From NCBI GenBank assembly GCA_035368605.1, contig DAOSLF010000007.1:13747-77746 (forward strand): a stretch of DNA of 64,000 nt, in the 5' to 3' direction. The translations under genes and the position numbers were made by a program. This document shows positions 49,292-59,275 of this stretch, in pieces (the first letter of the stretch is position 1; each line of letters opens with the position of its first letter). The notes under the pieces are model-generated. The model saw nothing but the letters and a program-made list of their open reading frames with translations, made no database searches and was not told where the DNA came from. The DNA is from Candidatus Omnitrophota bacterium (lineage in GTDB: Bacteria > Omnitrophota > Omnitrophia > Omnitrophales > Aquincolibacteriaceae).

Positions 49292-50098
49292 TCAGCAGGA
49301 AAGCGTGAGGTAGCGCTGGACGCGGAACTTCCAGCCGCCGATCCGGTCTTTCTCCTTGGACCCGGCCGGGGCATTTGCCGTTCTTCGGTCCAGGACCGTC
49401 TTGGCAGCGCGCACGAACTCGGGAAGGATTTCGTCTTTTTTTTCTGTATCGTTCATTTCCTGGAGGACCTGTAAAAGTCCCCAACCCTGTCCCCGGAAGC
49501 GCTCGTTCTCGCGGATTCCTTCCCCTTTAAAATTAATGTAGTCGATCACGGCGAGAGGGCCGTTCGGAACCGAAAGCACGCGCGCAAGCCGGGCCTCGAT
49601 CGCCGGTCGCTCCGCGTCGGGGACGGCCGTCAGAAGCTCCGGCAGCGATCTTCGCACGCGGTCGATGATGAACTTCGTTTGGAGGACCCGTGTGTCGAGC
49701 AGGAATTGGCGCAGGCTTTGGACCCGCTCACTTTCCGCATCCCGAAGATAGGAATCCCGGTCGTTCCAGGGAAGGTCCGCGGATGCATCGAGCCACGGCA
49801 GGATCGACTGGCCGTTCAACCTCATGAAAAGGATCAGCTCCGGGAACGTCTCCTGGTAGGGCCCCTTCTTCCCAAGGGGGTACCAGATGAAATGCCCGAT
49901 CCCGAGCGACGGGAAATCCTCATCCGGCGGCCAGATAATCAGATTCGCCGGTTTGGACGCACATTCGTTGAGATAGATGGTCTTTTCAAGGCAGACGGTA
50001 TCCTTCTCATCCAGCTCGATCATCGGAGATCCGGCCGCCGTGTGCGGGGCCACTATAAAGAGAAAGAAAAGGACGAGAAACCCGGTGGTTTTGATCAC
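49292..50098 (-). CDS. hypothetical secreted protein
   Basis: Signal peptide (FLVLFFLFIVAPHTAAG) in a 268-aa protein. No motif recognised. It sits between thrH and treS. Confidence 0.45.
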   Translation of the reverse strand: MIKTTGFLVLFFLFIVAPHTAAGSPMIELDEKDTVCLEKTIYLNECASKPANLIIWPPDEDFPSLGIGHFIWYPLGKKGPYQETFPELILFMRLNGQSILPWLDASADLPWNDRDSYLRDAESERVQSLRQFLLDTRVLQTKFIIDRVRRSLPELLTAVPDAERPAIEARLARVLSVPNGPLAVIDYINFKGEGIRENERFRGQGWGLLQVLQEMNDTEKKDEILPEFVRAAKTVLDRRTANAPAGSKEKDRIGGWKFRVQRYLTLSC

Positions 50099-50212
50099 TT
50101 GGGAAATCCGCTTTTTTTCTTTAACACGCGTCGGTAAAAAACCATTAGGACAGTGATTGCGATCCAGCTAACCGACATAAAGATTCACCCGAAGAGCCGC
50201 ATGATGCCCGCT

Positions 50213-51868
50213 TTATACCTTTTTGGGATTTTGATCCGGAAGATACAGCCGGAACCAGTAGAAACCGTGCGGGCCAAGCGTGAGGAAATAAGGCAGCTCG
50301 CCGATCCTGGGGAATTTCACGTTTCCCCAGAGTTCCATGGGCTCCCGGCCGTTATATTTTTTCAGGTTCAATTCCACCGGCTGAACGTAACGCGAAAGAT
50401 TATTGACGATCAAAAGCGTCTCATCCTCATACGCGCGGATATAGGCGAGGACCTTCGGGTTCCGGTGCTCCAGGAATTCAAGTGACCCCCTGCCGAAGGC
50501 GCGCAGGCTTTTGCGGACCTTGATCATCCGCTTCGTCCAGTTCAGGAACGATGACTGGGTCTGCTGCTGGGCCTCCACATTAACCGCCTGGTAGCCGTAG
50601 ACCGGGTCCGCAATCACGGGCGCGTAAAGATTCGCGGGGTCCGCGTTCGAAAAACCGGCGTTCCTGTCGCGATTCCACTGCATCGGGGTCCGCACGCCGT
50701 TCCGGTCACCCAAATGGATATTATCCCCCATGCCGATCTCATCGCCATAATAAATGACAGGCGTCCCGGGCAGGCTGAAGAGAAGGCTGTTCAGAAGCTC
50801 CATCTGCCTGCGGCCGTTGTTCATGAGGGGGGCAAGACGTCTCCGGATACCGAGATTCAGCCTCGCATTCGGGTCCGCCGCGTATTCCCGGTACATGTAA
50901 TCGCGTTCTTCCTGCGTCACCATTTCAAGAGTGAGCTCGTCGTGGTTCCTCAGAAAAAGGGCCCATTGGCAATTCTCCGGGATCGCGGGCGTCCGGCGCA
51001 TGATCTCGATGATCGGCGTGTTATCCTCCTTCCGGATCGCCATGAAAATCCGGGGCATCAGGGGGAAATGGAACGCCATATGGCACTCGTCCCCATCCGC
51101 GAAATAGGGGCGGACATCCTCGGGCCACTGGTTCGCTTCGGCCAGCAAAACCTTGTCCTTGAAGTGTTTGTCCAGATAAGCCCTTAAATCTTTCAGATAC
51201 TGGTGGGTCTCGGGAAGGTTCTCGCAATTCGTCCCCTCTCGCTCAAAAAGATACGGGACCGCGTCCAGCCGGAACCCGTCCACGCCCATCCTGAGCCAGA
51301 ACGAGAGGACATCCAGCATGGCTTCTCGCACCTCGGGATTACTGTAGTTCAGGTCCGGCTGATGGCTGAAAAAACGGTGCCAATAATACTGTTTCGAAAC
51401 GGGGTCATAGGTCCAGTTGGACTTCTCCGTGTCCGTAAAAATGATCCGGGCCTCTTTATACCGCTGAGGATCATCGCTCCAGACATAATAGTCGCGCTTG
51501 GGGGAATTCCGGTCGGGACGCGCTTCGGTGAACCAGGGGTGCAGGTCGGACGTGTGGTTCATCACAAGTTCAATGAGGACCCGGATCCCGCGCTTGTGCG
51601 CCTCTTTAACAAAATCCTGGAAATCCTTCATCGTTCCGTATTCGGAAGCCACTTCCTTGTAATGGGCGATGTCGTAGCCGTCATCTTTCATCGGAGACCG
51701 GTAGAACGGAAGGAGCCAGAGACAATTGATCCCAAGGTCCTGCAGATAATCCAGTTTTTGGATCAATCCCTGGAAATCACCGCAACCGTTTCCGTTGCTG
51801 TCGAAGAAGGTCTTGATGTGCAATTCATAAATAACCGCATCCTTATACCAAAGACCGTTTTTAGACAT
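50213..51868 (-). CDS. treS: trehalose synthase / maltose alpha-D-glucosyltransferase (GH13)
   Basis: [50 protein letters not shown]..., GFRLDAV, and the rest of the GH13 catalytic signature, consistent with TreS. Confidence 0.85.
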   Translation of the reverse strand: MSKNGLWYKDAVIYELHIKTFFDSNGNGCGDFQGLIQKLDYLQDLGINCLWLLPFYRSPMKDDGYDIAHYKEVASEYGTMKDFQDFVKEAHKRGIRVLIELVMNHTSDLHPWFTEARPDRNSPKRDYYVWSDDPQRYKEARIIFTDTEKSNWTYDPVSKQYYWHRFFSHQPDLNYSNPEVREAMLDVLSFWLRMGVDGFRLDAVPYLFEREGTNCENLPETHQYLKDLRAYLDKHFKDKVLLAEANQWPEDVRPYFADGDECHMAFHFPLMPRIFMAIRKEDNTPIIEIMRRTPAIPENCQWALFLRNHDELTLEMVTQEERDYMYREYAADPNARLNLGIRRRLAPLMNNGRRQMELLNSLLFSLPGTPVIYYGDEIGMGDNIHLGDRNGVRTPMQWNRDRNAGFSNADPANLYAPVIADPVYGYQAVNVEAQQQTQSSFLNWTKRMIKVRKSLRAFGRGSLEFLEHRNPKVLAYIRAYEDETLLIVNNLSRYVQPVELNLKKYNGREPMELWGNVKFPRIGELPYFLTLGPHGFYWFRLYLPDQNPKKV

Positions 51869-52673
51869 GGGACCCGAGCTCCTTTTTCCTTATCGCAACG
51901 ATCCGTTGCAAAACACCAAGAACCTCTTCCGGGGACCGGAGACGAAAGCGTGCGTGGCGGACAGATCCGCCGACACCGATGGAAATATCCGAACGCCGCA
52001 GGGCCGCAAAAGCGTCCTCATCTGTCTTGTCATCGCCGACGCAAACCATCATCATCCTTTTCCGTTTTTCTCTCGGAACCCGATACCTCAAAAGCCTCAC
52101 CGCCCCGCCTTTATCTGAGCACCCCTGGACCGGCCGGACCTCCCAAACCTTCTTCCCGGGCCGGATATGAAAATAAACTTGCGCGGAAAAATCATCCCAG
52201 ACCTTCCGGAAAATCCGTCGGGCCTTATTCACAAGCGCCGCGGGAACATTCCGGTAATGAACGCTAAGGCTATAGACCTTGTTTTCAATAAAGATTCCGG
52301 GAATGCCCTTCAGGGCTTTCTTCAGGTCATGTTCGAATTTCAGGACGAACCCCCGGACACGGATCGCGCAAGGATCGATCTCGTGCACACCTCGGATCTT
52401 CCGTTCAAGACCGTGGTTACCGACATAATCAACCCGCTTCACGCCGACCAGACGTTCGAGACCGCTCAAGGCCCGCCCGCTCACGATGGCAATCCTGACA
52501 TTCCGCATCCCGGCCAGCGTCCCAAGAACAGCTCTCATGCGGGAATCCAGCCTGGCAAGGGACGGCCGTTTGACGATCGGCGTCAACGTACCATCGTAGT
52601 CGAGGACCATCATGAGAAACGGAGCACGCGCGATTTTTTCGATCGTTCCGGGATCGAGCTTTGGGGTCAGCAT
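51861..52673 (-). CDS. otsB: trehalose-phosphate phosphatase
   Basis: HAD-IIB motifs (VLDYDGTL ... [10 protein letters not shown]), typical OtsB. Confidence 0.85.
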   Translation of the reverse strand: MLTPKLDPGTIEKIARAPFLMMVLDYDGTLTPIVKRPSLARLDSRMRAVLGTLAGMRNVRIAIVSGRALSGLERLVGVKRVDYVGNHGLERKIRGVHEIDPCAIRVRGFVLKFEHDLKKALKGIPGIFIENKVYSLSVHYRNVPAALVNKARRIFRKVWDDFSAQVYFHIRPGKKVWEVRPVQGCSDKGGAVRLLRYRVPREKRKRMMMVCVGDDKTDEDAFAALRRSDISIGVGGSVRHARFRLRSPEEVLGVLQRIVAIRKKELGSHV

Positions 52674-52682
52674 CGCATTCCC

Positions 52683-54905
52683 TCAAAAAGCCTTCGTAAG
52701 ATGAGTAATCATATCGGCCGCCCAGCGATAGACGTTATATTCCCGGACGATCTGGCGCATTTTGCGCATCCGCTCCCTTTTTTCTCCGGGAAGCATTGTG
52801 AGCGCCTGGTGGATCGCTTCCGAAGTGCCTTCAATGTCATAGGGGTTCACGAGGAGCGAGCTTGTGAACTCGTAACTCGCCCCCGCGAAACGGCTCAGGA
52901 TCAGCACGCCGTCTTCATCCTCACGGGCCGAGACAAACTCCTTGGCGACCAGATTCATCCCGTCATGGAGCGAACTGACGAGGCAGAAATCCGCAAGGCG
53001 GTAGAAATCGAATATCTTTTTCTGGTCATGGTGTTCTTCAAGAAAAAGGATCGGCTTGTAATTCCCTTTTTGAAAACGCTGGTTGATTCCTTCAACAAGT
53101 TTCTCAACCTCTTCCAGATGGTTCTGATAACTTCCGATCAGGGTCCTGGAAGGCGCGCCCAGCTCGATAAAGACAAGCTCTCCCTGGAGATAGGGGTACT
53201 TCTCGAGAACCCGCTCGATCGCGCGGAAGCGCTCGAGCAGGCCCTTGGTGTAGTCGATGCGGTCAACACCGATCCCGATCTTTTTTCCCGAAAGGTTGTA
53301 ATCCTGGCGTAGTTTTTCGAGCGGGTCCTTGTCGGTATCCCGGACCGCCGCGTTGGGGGTCCCGGAAATACTGATCGGGAACGGCCGTACCGCACTGGTC
53401 TTGCCGCCGCGCGTGACCTCGAAATTCGCCCAATTGATCTTGCTCTCCAGCGCCCGGTCCACGGTATCCAGGAAGTTGTTGCAGTGGAACTGCGTATGGA
53501 AACCGATGAGATCACTTCCGAGCATCCCCTCGAGAATCTTTTCCTGCCACGGGCAGATCCCGAACGCCTCGGCGTTGGGCCACGGGATATGCCAAAAAAG
53601 GGCGATCTTCGCGTCGGGCCTTTTTTCCTTAATCATCCTCGGCAACAGCGCGAAGTGATAGTCCTGAACGAGAAGCATCGGTGGCTTATCCCCAAACTCC
53701 TCCAAAAGGGAGTCCGCAAATTCCCGATTAACCTTCTGATAGTAGTTCCAGTCCTCGATCCTGAAAACGGGGCGAACATGGCTGATATGGCAGAGCGGCC
53801 AGAGCCCTTCGTTGGAAAAACCGTAGTAGTAGCCTTTCTCTTCTTCCGGAGTGAGCCACATCCGTTTCAGCGTGAAGGAAGGCTTCCAGGGCGGGACCCC
53901 GACCTTATTGCTTTGATCCACCACCTCGCGGTCGGCGTTCCCCGCACCGTGAGCAAGCCAAAGTCCTCCAGTCGCCTGCATCACGGGATCGAGAGCCGTG
54001 ACCACACCGCTTGCCGGCGTGATGCATTCGATCTCGTGCCCATTCTTCTGGTGAATGTACGGCTCGCGGTTGGAGACCACGTAAAGCTGCTTGTCGTGAA
54101 GTTTGGTCTTGAGATAATCCTTGAGGCGCTCTTTGGTCCAGACCGCTCCCTCGGCATTCACGAACCGGGACTGTTCCATAAGGTCCAGGCGCGCCGCCTT
54201 AAGGCTCGCCACCATATGACTGACCCCGTAAAGCAGTTTCTCGATCTCCCCCTGATGGGGATCCACCCGTCCCCGCCCGGCAGGCTCATTCCCGAGGCTT
54301 TTCTGGACCATGGAAGCGATCCGGGCGATCGGCCCCGTCACGTTCCAGCGGATCACAAAAAGGGAAACGATCGAGAGGATTGCCGCAAGAATGGAGAACG
54401 TGACCGCCGAATTCCTCCAAAGTTGGCGGGTCTGGACCACGATGAAGCTCCGGTCATGGATAAGACCTAAAACCCCCGCGACCTGATCGTCCTTGATCAG
54501 GGGGACCGCATGGTAATTGACCCGACGCCCTCCCCACTTGCCGTTCACATCCACGGAAATGTTTCCCTCGATAGCCTTCTGGGACTCCTTCCTGAACGAC
54601 TCTTCTCCCGCAAGTTCGGGGGGAAGTGCGATCCGCTGACCGTCCTTCATATCCACAATGAGACCGATCAGGCGTTTGTGACCCTGGAACTTCTCGATGA
54701 ACTTCCGGACGCGCCCGGGCTGGTCCGTCCTTTCCAAAAAGGTCTCAATCGCCTCCTTGAATGTCTTGGCCAGGACCGTCGTGCGAAGCCGCAACTCCTC
54801 ATTCAGACGTTTCTCTTCATGTTTCACCTGAAAATAGGAGAAGCTCGCCACCACAATCACCGTGGCTACCAGAAGTGAAACGATCAGACGCAGGGTGATC
54901 TTCAT
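52683..54905 (-). CDS. otsA: alpha,alpha-trehalose-phosphate synthase (GT20) fused to N-terminal TM-periplasmic-TM-HAMP-like sensor module
   Basis: The C-terminal ~470 aa carry OtsA motifs (LYVVSNREP ... GFSNEGLWPLCH ... LLVQDYHFALLP ... HDGMNLVAKE). The N-terminal ~290 aa comprise TM1 (LIVSLLVATVIVVASF), a ~150-aa periplasmic-like domain, TM2 (AVTFSILAAILSIVSLFVI), and an amphipathic HAMP-like linker. Confidence 0.8.
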   Translation of the reverse strand: MKITLRLIVSLLVATVIVVASFSYFQVKHEEKRLNEELRLRTTVLAKTFKEAIETFLERTDQPGRVRKFIEKFQGHKRLIGLIVDMKDGQRIALPPELAGEESFRKESQKAIEGNISVDVNGKWGGRRVNYHAVPLIKDDQVAGVLGLIHDRSFIVVQTRQLWRNSAVTFSILAAILSIVSLFVIRWNVTGPIARIASMVQKSLGNEPAGRGRVDPHQGEIEKLLYGVSHMVASLKAARLDLMEQSRFVNAEGAVWTKERLKDYLKTKLHDKQLYVVSNREPYIHQKNGHEIECITPASGVVTALDPVMQATGGLWLAHGAGNADREVVDQSNKVGVPPWKPSFTLKRMWLTPEEEKGYYYGFSNEGLWPLCHISHVRPVFRIEDWNYYQKVNREFADSLLEEFGDKPPMLLVQDYHFALLPRMIKEKRPDAKIALFWHIPWPNAEAFGICPWQEKILEGMLGSDLIGFHTQFHCNNFLDTVDRALESKINWANFEVTRGGKTSAVRPFPISISGTPNAAVRDTDKDPLEKLRQDYNLSGKKIGIGVDRIDYTKGLLERFRAIERVLEKYPYLQGELVFIELGAPSRTLIGSYQNHLEEVEKLVEGINQRFQKGNYKPILFLEEHHDQKKIFDFYRLADFCLVSSLHDGMNLVAKEFVSAREDEDGVLILSRFAGASYEFTSSLLVNPYDIEGTSEAIHQALTMLPGEKRERMRKMRQIVREYNVYRWAADMITHLTKAF

Positions 54906-55795
54906 GCCCGCCTCTCCTCGGTCCCGGGCTGCGGGGCCTGCCCCGCCCCCCAATAAAGCATCCGGCGCGGGAAAGGAATCTGTATCTTTTCCTTGTCAAA
55001 ACGGTCCTTGAGACGGCGGCGGAACTCGCGGGCAACCTCCCATTGTTTGATAGGAAGCGTCTTGATCCGGAATTTAAGGGTGATCCGGGAATCGGCAAGA
55101 TCCTCCACCCCCAGCATCTCGAGATCATTCAGGATCAGCCGGGAGAAATACCCGTCCTTCCGCATTTCGGCGCCCAGGTCCTTTATCACCCGGATCACGT
55201 GATCGATGTCCGTTTCATAGGCCACATCGATGTTCAAAAGAGCCTGGGAATATTCTTTCGTGAAGTTAACGACGGTCTTGATCTCGCCATTCGGGATATA
55301 GATCACACGGCCTTCCTGGTCCCGGAGCCTGGTATGCCGGAGATTCACGGCCTCAACGAGGCCTCCGAATTCGCCGATCCGGACGACATCGTTGATCCGG
55401 TACTGTCCTTCAAAAAGAATGAAAACCCCGTTGATGATATCCCGGATCAGATACTGCCCGCCGAAGCCGAGCGCCAATCCGACAACGCCCGCGCCGGCAA
55501 GGATCGGCGCCACGGCAATCCCGAAATTCTCGAGAAGCATATACAACGCGACGCAGCCGATCAGGATCGAACCCAGCCACCTCAGGAGATGGATGAATGT
55601 CTTCAGTCTTAATGTCGTCTCATCTTCCCGGATCATTTCGTGACAGGTCAGATAGGCTTCCAGCTTTCTGAGACCGTAATGAAGGATACGCAACAACGCC
55701 CAGAAGACGACAAGGATGAGAATAACTTTCAGGGCGGACGCAGCCCCAGGGGTTTCCAATACATTTTTCAGGATATCGACACTGCGGTTCATCAT
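54902..55795 (-). CDS. mechanosensitive ion channel family protein (MscS-like)
   Basis: Three TMs followed by the MscS beta domain (ILFEGQYRINDVVRIGEFGGLVEAVNLRHTRLRDQEGRVIYIPNGEI). Confidence 0.85.
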   Translation of the reverse strand: MMNRSVDILKNVLETPGAASALKVILILVVFWALLRILHYGLRKLEAYLTCHEMIREDETTLRLKTFIHLLRWLGSILIGCVALYMLLENFGIAVAPILAGAGVVGLALGFGGQYLIRDIINGVFILFEGQYRINDVVRIGEFGGLVEAVNLRHTRLRDQEGRVIYIPNGEIKTVVNFTKEYSQALLNIDVAYETDIDHVIRVIKDLGAEMRKDGYFSRLILNDLEMLGVEDLADSRITLKFRIKTLPIKQWEVAREFRRRLKDRFDKEKIQIPFPRRMLYWGAGQAPQPGTEERRA

Positions 55796-55932
55796 CTCTC
55801 CTTTTTCCTGGGATCCGGGGAACCTTGTTTCGGGTCATCCTGGCGATTCGAATGGATAAAAACATAGATCATAAATGCCACCAAACCACCGACAATGAAA
55901 TAGACGGGCCAATCTCTCGCAAAGGACGTCAT
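55792..55932 (-). CDS. small (46 aa) single-TM ORF translationally coupled to mscS, not in ORF track
   Basis: Own translation MTSFARDWPVYFIVGGLVAFMIYVFIHSNRQDDPKQGSPDPRKKER. Its stop forms an ATGA overlap with the mscS start. Confidence 0.3.
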   Translation of the reverse strand: MTSFARDWPVYFIVGGLVAFMIYVFIHSNRQDDPKQGSPDPRKKER

Positions 55933-56090
55933 GGGGAACCTCCTGAAAAAGAAAGCCATCCGGCTTTCAGCCAGATGGCGGCCCGACCATCTTCAGAAAC
56001 CTCCGGGGGTTTTTTCCCGGACCCATTAAAAACATGACATTTATGCTAATGCGCCTCAAAGGAATTGGCAAGAGAAACCATCCCGAATTT

Positions 56091-57305
56091 TCAGGCGCGA
56101 ACGGGCTTCAGGGCAAGATGGGTGCAATAAACGCCGAGTCCCGAGACCAGCACCATGCAGCGGAGGATGAAGGAGAGGCTCACACCGGCATCCAGACACA
56201 TCCCCATCACGAAAGGAGCGATCGCAGTGGAAAAAACGATCAGGGTCGTGACCATCCCGCGAATCGAACCGAGATGACGCGTTCCGTAAAGCTCAGCGTA
56301 AAGTGCATTCCCCACCGTCATGCCGTATCCCATCGTGATTCCCGACCCGGCAAAATAAACGAAGATCCAGAAAGGGCCGCTGGCGGCCCAAAGCACCAGG
56401 ACGCCGAGCGTGAGCGGGACAAGGTTCCAGGTAAAAATGCGGCGCGCGCTGAAACGGTCCGTGAGCGGTCCCGAAAAAAAAGAAACAAGGGCACGGAAGA
56501 CCGCGTAGACGACGAACCCCGCCGGCAGGAGGATCGGGTCCCAGCGCTTCCAGCCGATGATCGCGGCGTGGTGGAAGAAAAGGGCCGTCAGGAACGCGGG
56601 TGTCACGAGAATTGGAAGGATGAGGAGGTGGAACCGGCGATCCTTCATCACACTGGAAACAGTCCATGACCTGTCCTCCGGATCCGGTACACTGAGGTCT
56701 TCCGGGGCACCCGGATGCCGTTTCGACGGACGGGGCTCGTGGCGGATCAGGTACGGCACAAGCGGGAGGAAGATCACAAGCAGCATCGCGGCGATCGTAT
56801 ACCACCCCGCGCGCCATCCGAACACCGTGATCATCGTCGAGACGAACCCCGGCAACAAAGCTTCACTGAGGGGATAGCCGAGGTTCGCGATCCCGAGCGC
56901 CTTGCCGCGGTATTCGCCCTCGAGCCGCGCCATCATCGTCTGGGACGCCATCGCAAGCCCGCCCTGCCCGAAGTTCCGGACCAGAAAAAACCCGGCGAGC
57001 AACATCCAGGCCGCGCGGGCCGCCCCGAGCGTCCAGCATCCGAGCATTAGCAGGATTCCCGTCACCATCACAAACCGCACCGGCCGTTCGCGATCCAGGC
57101 GGCGCCCCAGGAACGGGAGCAGGAACGACGAGGTCAGGGTGCTGACAAAAAAAAGGCCCGACACCACGGTCTGGCTCAGCCCGAGCTCATCGCGCATCGG
57201 GGGGATGAAGAAGGAGATGAGGAACACCTGCCCCGGCGAACTAAAAAAGGTGGCGAGGACCCCGAAAACAAGGAGCCTGGCCTTCTTGCGGAGGAGGGCG
57301 CACAT
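56091..57305 (-). CDS. MFS transporter
   Basis: Twelve predicted TMs, with MFS motif A-like sequence between TM2 and TM3 (GRRLDRERP). Confidence 0.8.
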   Translation of the reverse strand: MCALLRKKARLLVFGVLATFFSSPGQVFLISFFIPPMRDELGLSQTVVSGLFFVSTLTSSFLLPFLGRRLDRERPVRFVMVTGILLMLGCWTLGAARAAWMLLAGFFLVRNFGQGGLAMASQTMMARLEGEYRGKALGIANLGYPLSEALLPGFVSTMITVFGWRAGWYTIAAMLLVIFLPLVPYLIRHEPRPSKRHPGAPEDLSVPDPEDRSWTVSSVMKDRRFHLLILPILVTPAFLTALFFHHAAIIGWKRWDPILLPAGFVVYAVFRALVSFFSGPLTDRFSARRIFTWNLVPLTLGVLVLWAASGPFWIFVYFAGSGITMGYGMTVGNALYAELYGTRHLGSIRGMVTTLIVFSTAIAPFVMGMCLDAGVSLSFILRCMVLVSGLGVYCTHLALKPVRA

Positions 57306-57308
57306 CGC

Positions 57309-58088
57309 TCAGATCTTCGCGAAATGTCCGACCGGACCCGAACCGCGGCCGAGGCCCGGTGCCGTGCGGATCGCTTCCGTGATAAATTTTTTAGCGATCC
57401 GGACCGCCGCAAGTGTACCGCGGCCTTTGGCAAGTTCTGCGGTGATCGCCGCCGAAAAGGTGCATCCCGTTCCGTGGGTGTGCCTCGTGGGAATGCGCTC
57501 CGCGTCGAGAAGCACGGTTCGCACGGTATCGCGGAAAACATCCGTGGCGCGGCCGCGGAGGTGTCCCCCCTTGACCAGCACGGCTTTCGCGCCAAGAGCG
57601 AGGATCCGCCCCGCGGCGTTTTTCATGTCCCGGACATCCCGGATTTTCATCCCGGCCAGGAGTTCCGCTTCCGGAATGTTCGGCGTGATGAGCGCGGCCA
57701 GGGGCAGCAGGTGTTCTTTGAGAGCCCTGACCGCAGGGCGTGCGAGCAGGCTCGCTCCGTGCTTACTCACCATCACGGGATCGATCACGAGAGGGAACCG
57801 GCATTTCACCGCCCGTTTCGCAACCGAACGAATCACGGCCGCATTCCCGAGCGCCCCGGTCTTGGCGGCATGGGGGCGGATATCCTCGAGAACAGCGTCG
57901 AGCTGGGCAAGAACAAGGGATGGCTTCAGGACATGGACAGACCGGACGCGACGGGTGTTCTGGACGGTGAGGAGGGTCACGACCGCCATCCCGTACACGT
58001 TCCGCTGGTGGAAAGTCTTGAGATCAGCCTGGAGGCCGGCGCCGCCCGAAGGATCGGACCCGGCGATCGTAAGCGCTGTCGGGACCAT
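57309..58088 (-). CDS. thiD: hydroxymethylpyrimidine/phosphomethylpyrimidine kinase
   Basis: ALTIAGSDPSGGAGLQADLKT ... KTGALG ... THGTGCTFSAAI, which is canonical ThiD. I trimmed the start to MVPTAL. Confidence 0.85.
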   Translation of the reverse strand: MVPTALTIAGSDPSGGAGLQADLKTFHQRNVYGMAVVTLLTVQNTRRVRSVHVLKPSLVLAQLDAVLEDIRPHAAKTGALGNAAVIRSVAKRAVKCRFPLVIDPVMVSKHGASLLARPAVRALKEHLLPLAALITPNIPEAELLAGMKIRDVRDMKNAAGRILALGAKAVLVKGGHLRGRATDVFRDTVRTVLLDAERIPTRHTHGTGCTFSAAITAELAKGRGTLAAVRIAKKFITEAIRTAPGLGRGSGPVGHFAKI

Positions 58089-58107
58089 GGAGACGCCGCG
58101 AGCTTGC

Positions 58108-58674
58108 CTATTGCAGGGTTTTTTTGAAATATTCGATGAATTGTTCGGGAGAAACGCCCGTCGGGATACGCCTTGTCCCGCTCGGCTGCGGCGGGTGCAC
58201 ATAGAAGGACGGAAACCCCATAACACCGTACTGGAATGCGATCGCATTCTCGCGTTCCCCCTTTTCAGGGTCGAGATTGACCTTGATGACATCGCGCATG
58301 AACCGGCGCACCAGGGGGGCCGAAAGCACATTCTTCTCGAACGACCGGCAGTAAGGACACCACGTTACGTTAACGTAGACCGCCATCGGACGGTTGGTCT
58401 TCTCGTACTCTGCGAGGGCCCTGGCATAGCCGTCCACCCCGGAATACCAGCCGCTGGTCCAGTCGCCTGTCAGCTCTTCCCGGACCGCCGTGTCGGAAGC
58501 CGCGGGGGCCTCGACTGCCGCCGCGGAAGGATCGGATTCCGCGGAACACGCTGCGGAGAACAGGCTCATGGTGCAAAACAAAAAAGCGATCATCAAATCT
58601 CTGGGATTCATGACAACACCTCGATATGCTGGATTTTTCATCACCCCTCCAAGACCCGGTGTTCGCGCGGGCAA
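58108..58674 (-). CDS. secreted thioredoxin-like protein (thiol:disulfide oxidoreductase)
   Basis: Signal peptide, then a thioredoxin fold with WCPYC active site. Confidence 0.7.
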   Translation of the reverse strand: MPARTPGLGGVMKNPAYRGVVMNPRDLMIAFLFCTMSLFSAACSAESDPSAAAVEAPAASDTAVREELTGDWTSGWYSGVDGYARALAEYEKTNRPMAVYVNVTWCPYCRSFEKNVLSAPLVRRFMRDVIKVNLDPEKGERENAIAFQYGVMGFPSFYVHPPQPSGTRRIPTGVSPEQFIEYFKKTLQ

Positions 58675-58734
58675 TCACCAGCTGCCAGAAGGATCAAAAG
58701 AACGGCGTTCCTCGCGGCCATTCTAGCAGAATCC

Positions 58735-59196
58735 CTAGAAACTGACAGCCAGTGAATTCTGTTTCAGGTAAGCGTCCATAACCGACGCGATCTGGTTCAG
58801 GACATAGATAATCACGAACGCCATCAGCACCACAAAGACCGTCCAGAGGACTTTCAGGGTCTTCGAGAACTTCGGGCTTCGCCAAAGGAGCGGCACCGCG
58901 AAGGGACCGACCGTCAACAGCATAAAAATCACATAAAGAACCGAGTCTCCCGTAAAGGTCCTCGGTTTCCCGGAGGCCGACTGATAGGCGTCGATCGAGG
59001 ACGGGACCATCACGAAAAGGCAGATCGGTCCTAAAAAAAGGAGATTGAGCCAGGAACGACCGGTCGCGATCGCGGACCACAGACCGGCCGTGATGCAGAG
59101 GAACGTGATCCCCTTGGCCTTCTCTCCGAGATAAAGCTGGCCGGCCCCCGGCGCGGCCAATGAAAGAAAAGCGGCAAACCATTTGTTTTTCATCAT
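58735..59196 (-). CDS. hypothetical polytopic membrane protein with PGxGQxYLGE motif
   Basis: MMKNKWFAAFLSLAAPGAGQLYLGE... with four predicted TMs. It is a paralog of 59897..60280. Confidence 0.45.
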   Translation of the reverse strand: MMKNKWFAAFLSLAAPGAGQLYLGEKAKGITFLCITAGLWSAIATGRSWLNLLFLGPICLFVMVPSSIDAYQSASGKPRTFTGDSVLYVIFMLLTVGPFAVPLLWRSPKFSKTLKVLWTVFVVLMAFVIIYVLNQIASVMDAYLKQNSLAVSF

Positions 59197-59275
59197 GCGA
59201 TCTCCCTCCCGGAAGAAACAGCTCTCCCCCAAAACCGGCGGAGTGACCGATTTTTCCATGACCTCGCCTCCACGA

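Noticed and set aside
55620-55865. 81-aa minus-strand ORF overlapping the mscS 5' end
   Set aside because: It lies in an alternative frame inside mscS and has Arg-rich low-complexity composition. The coupled 46-aa ORF at 55792..55932 is the more plausible small gene.
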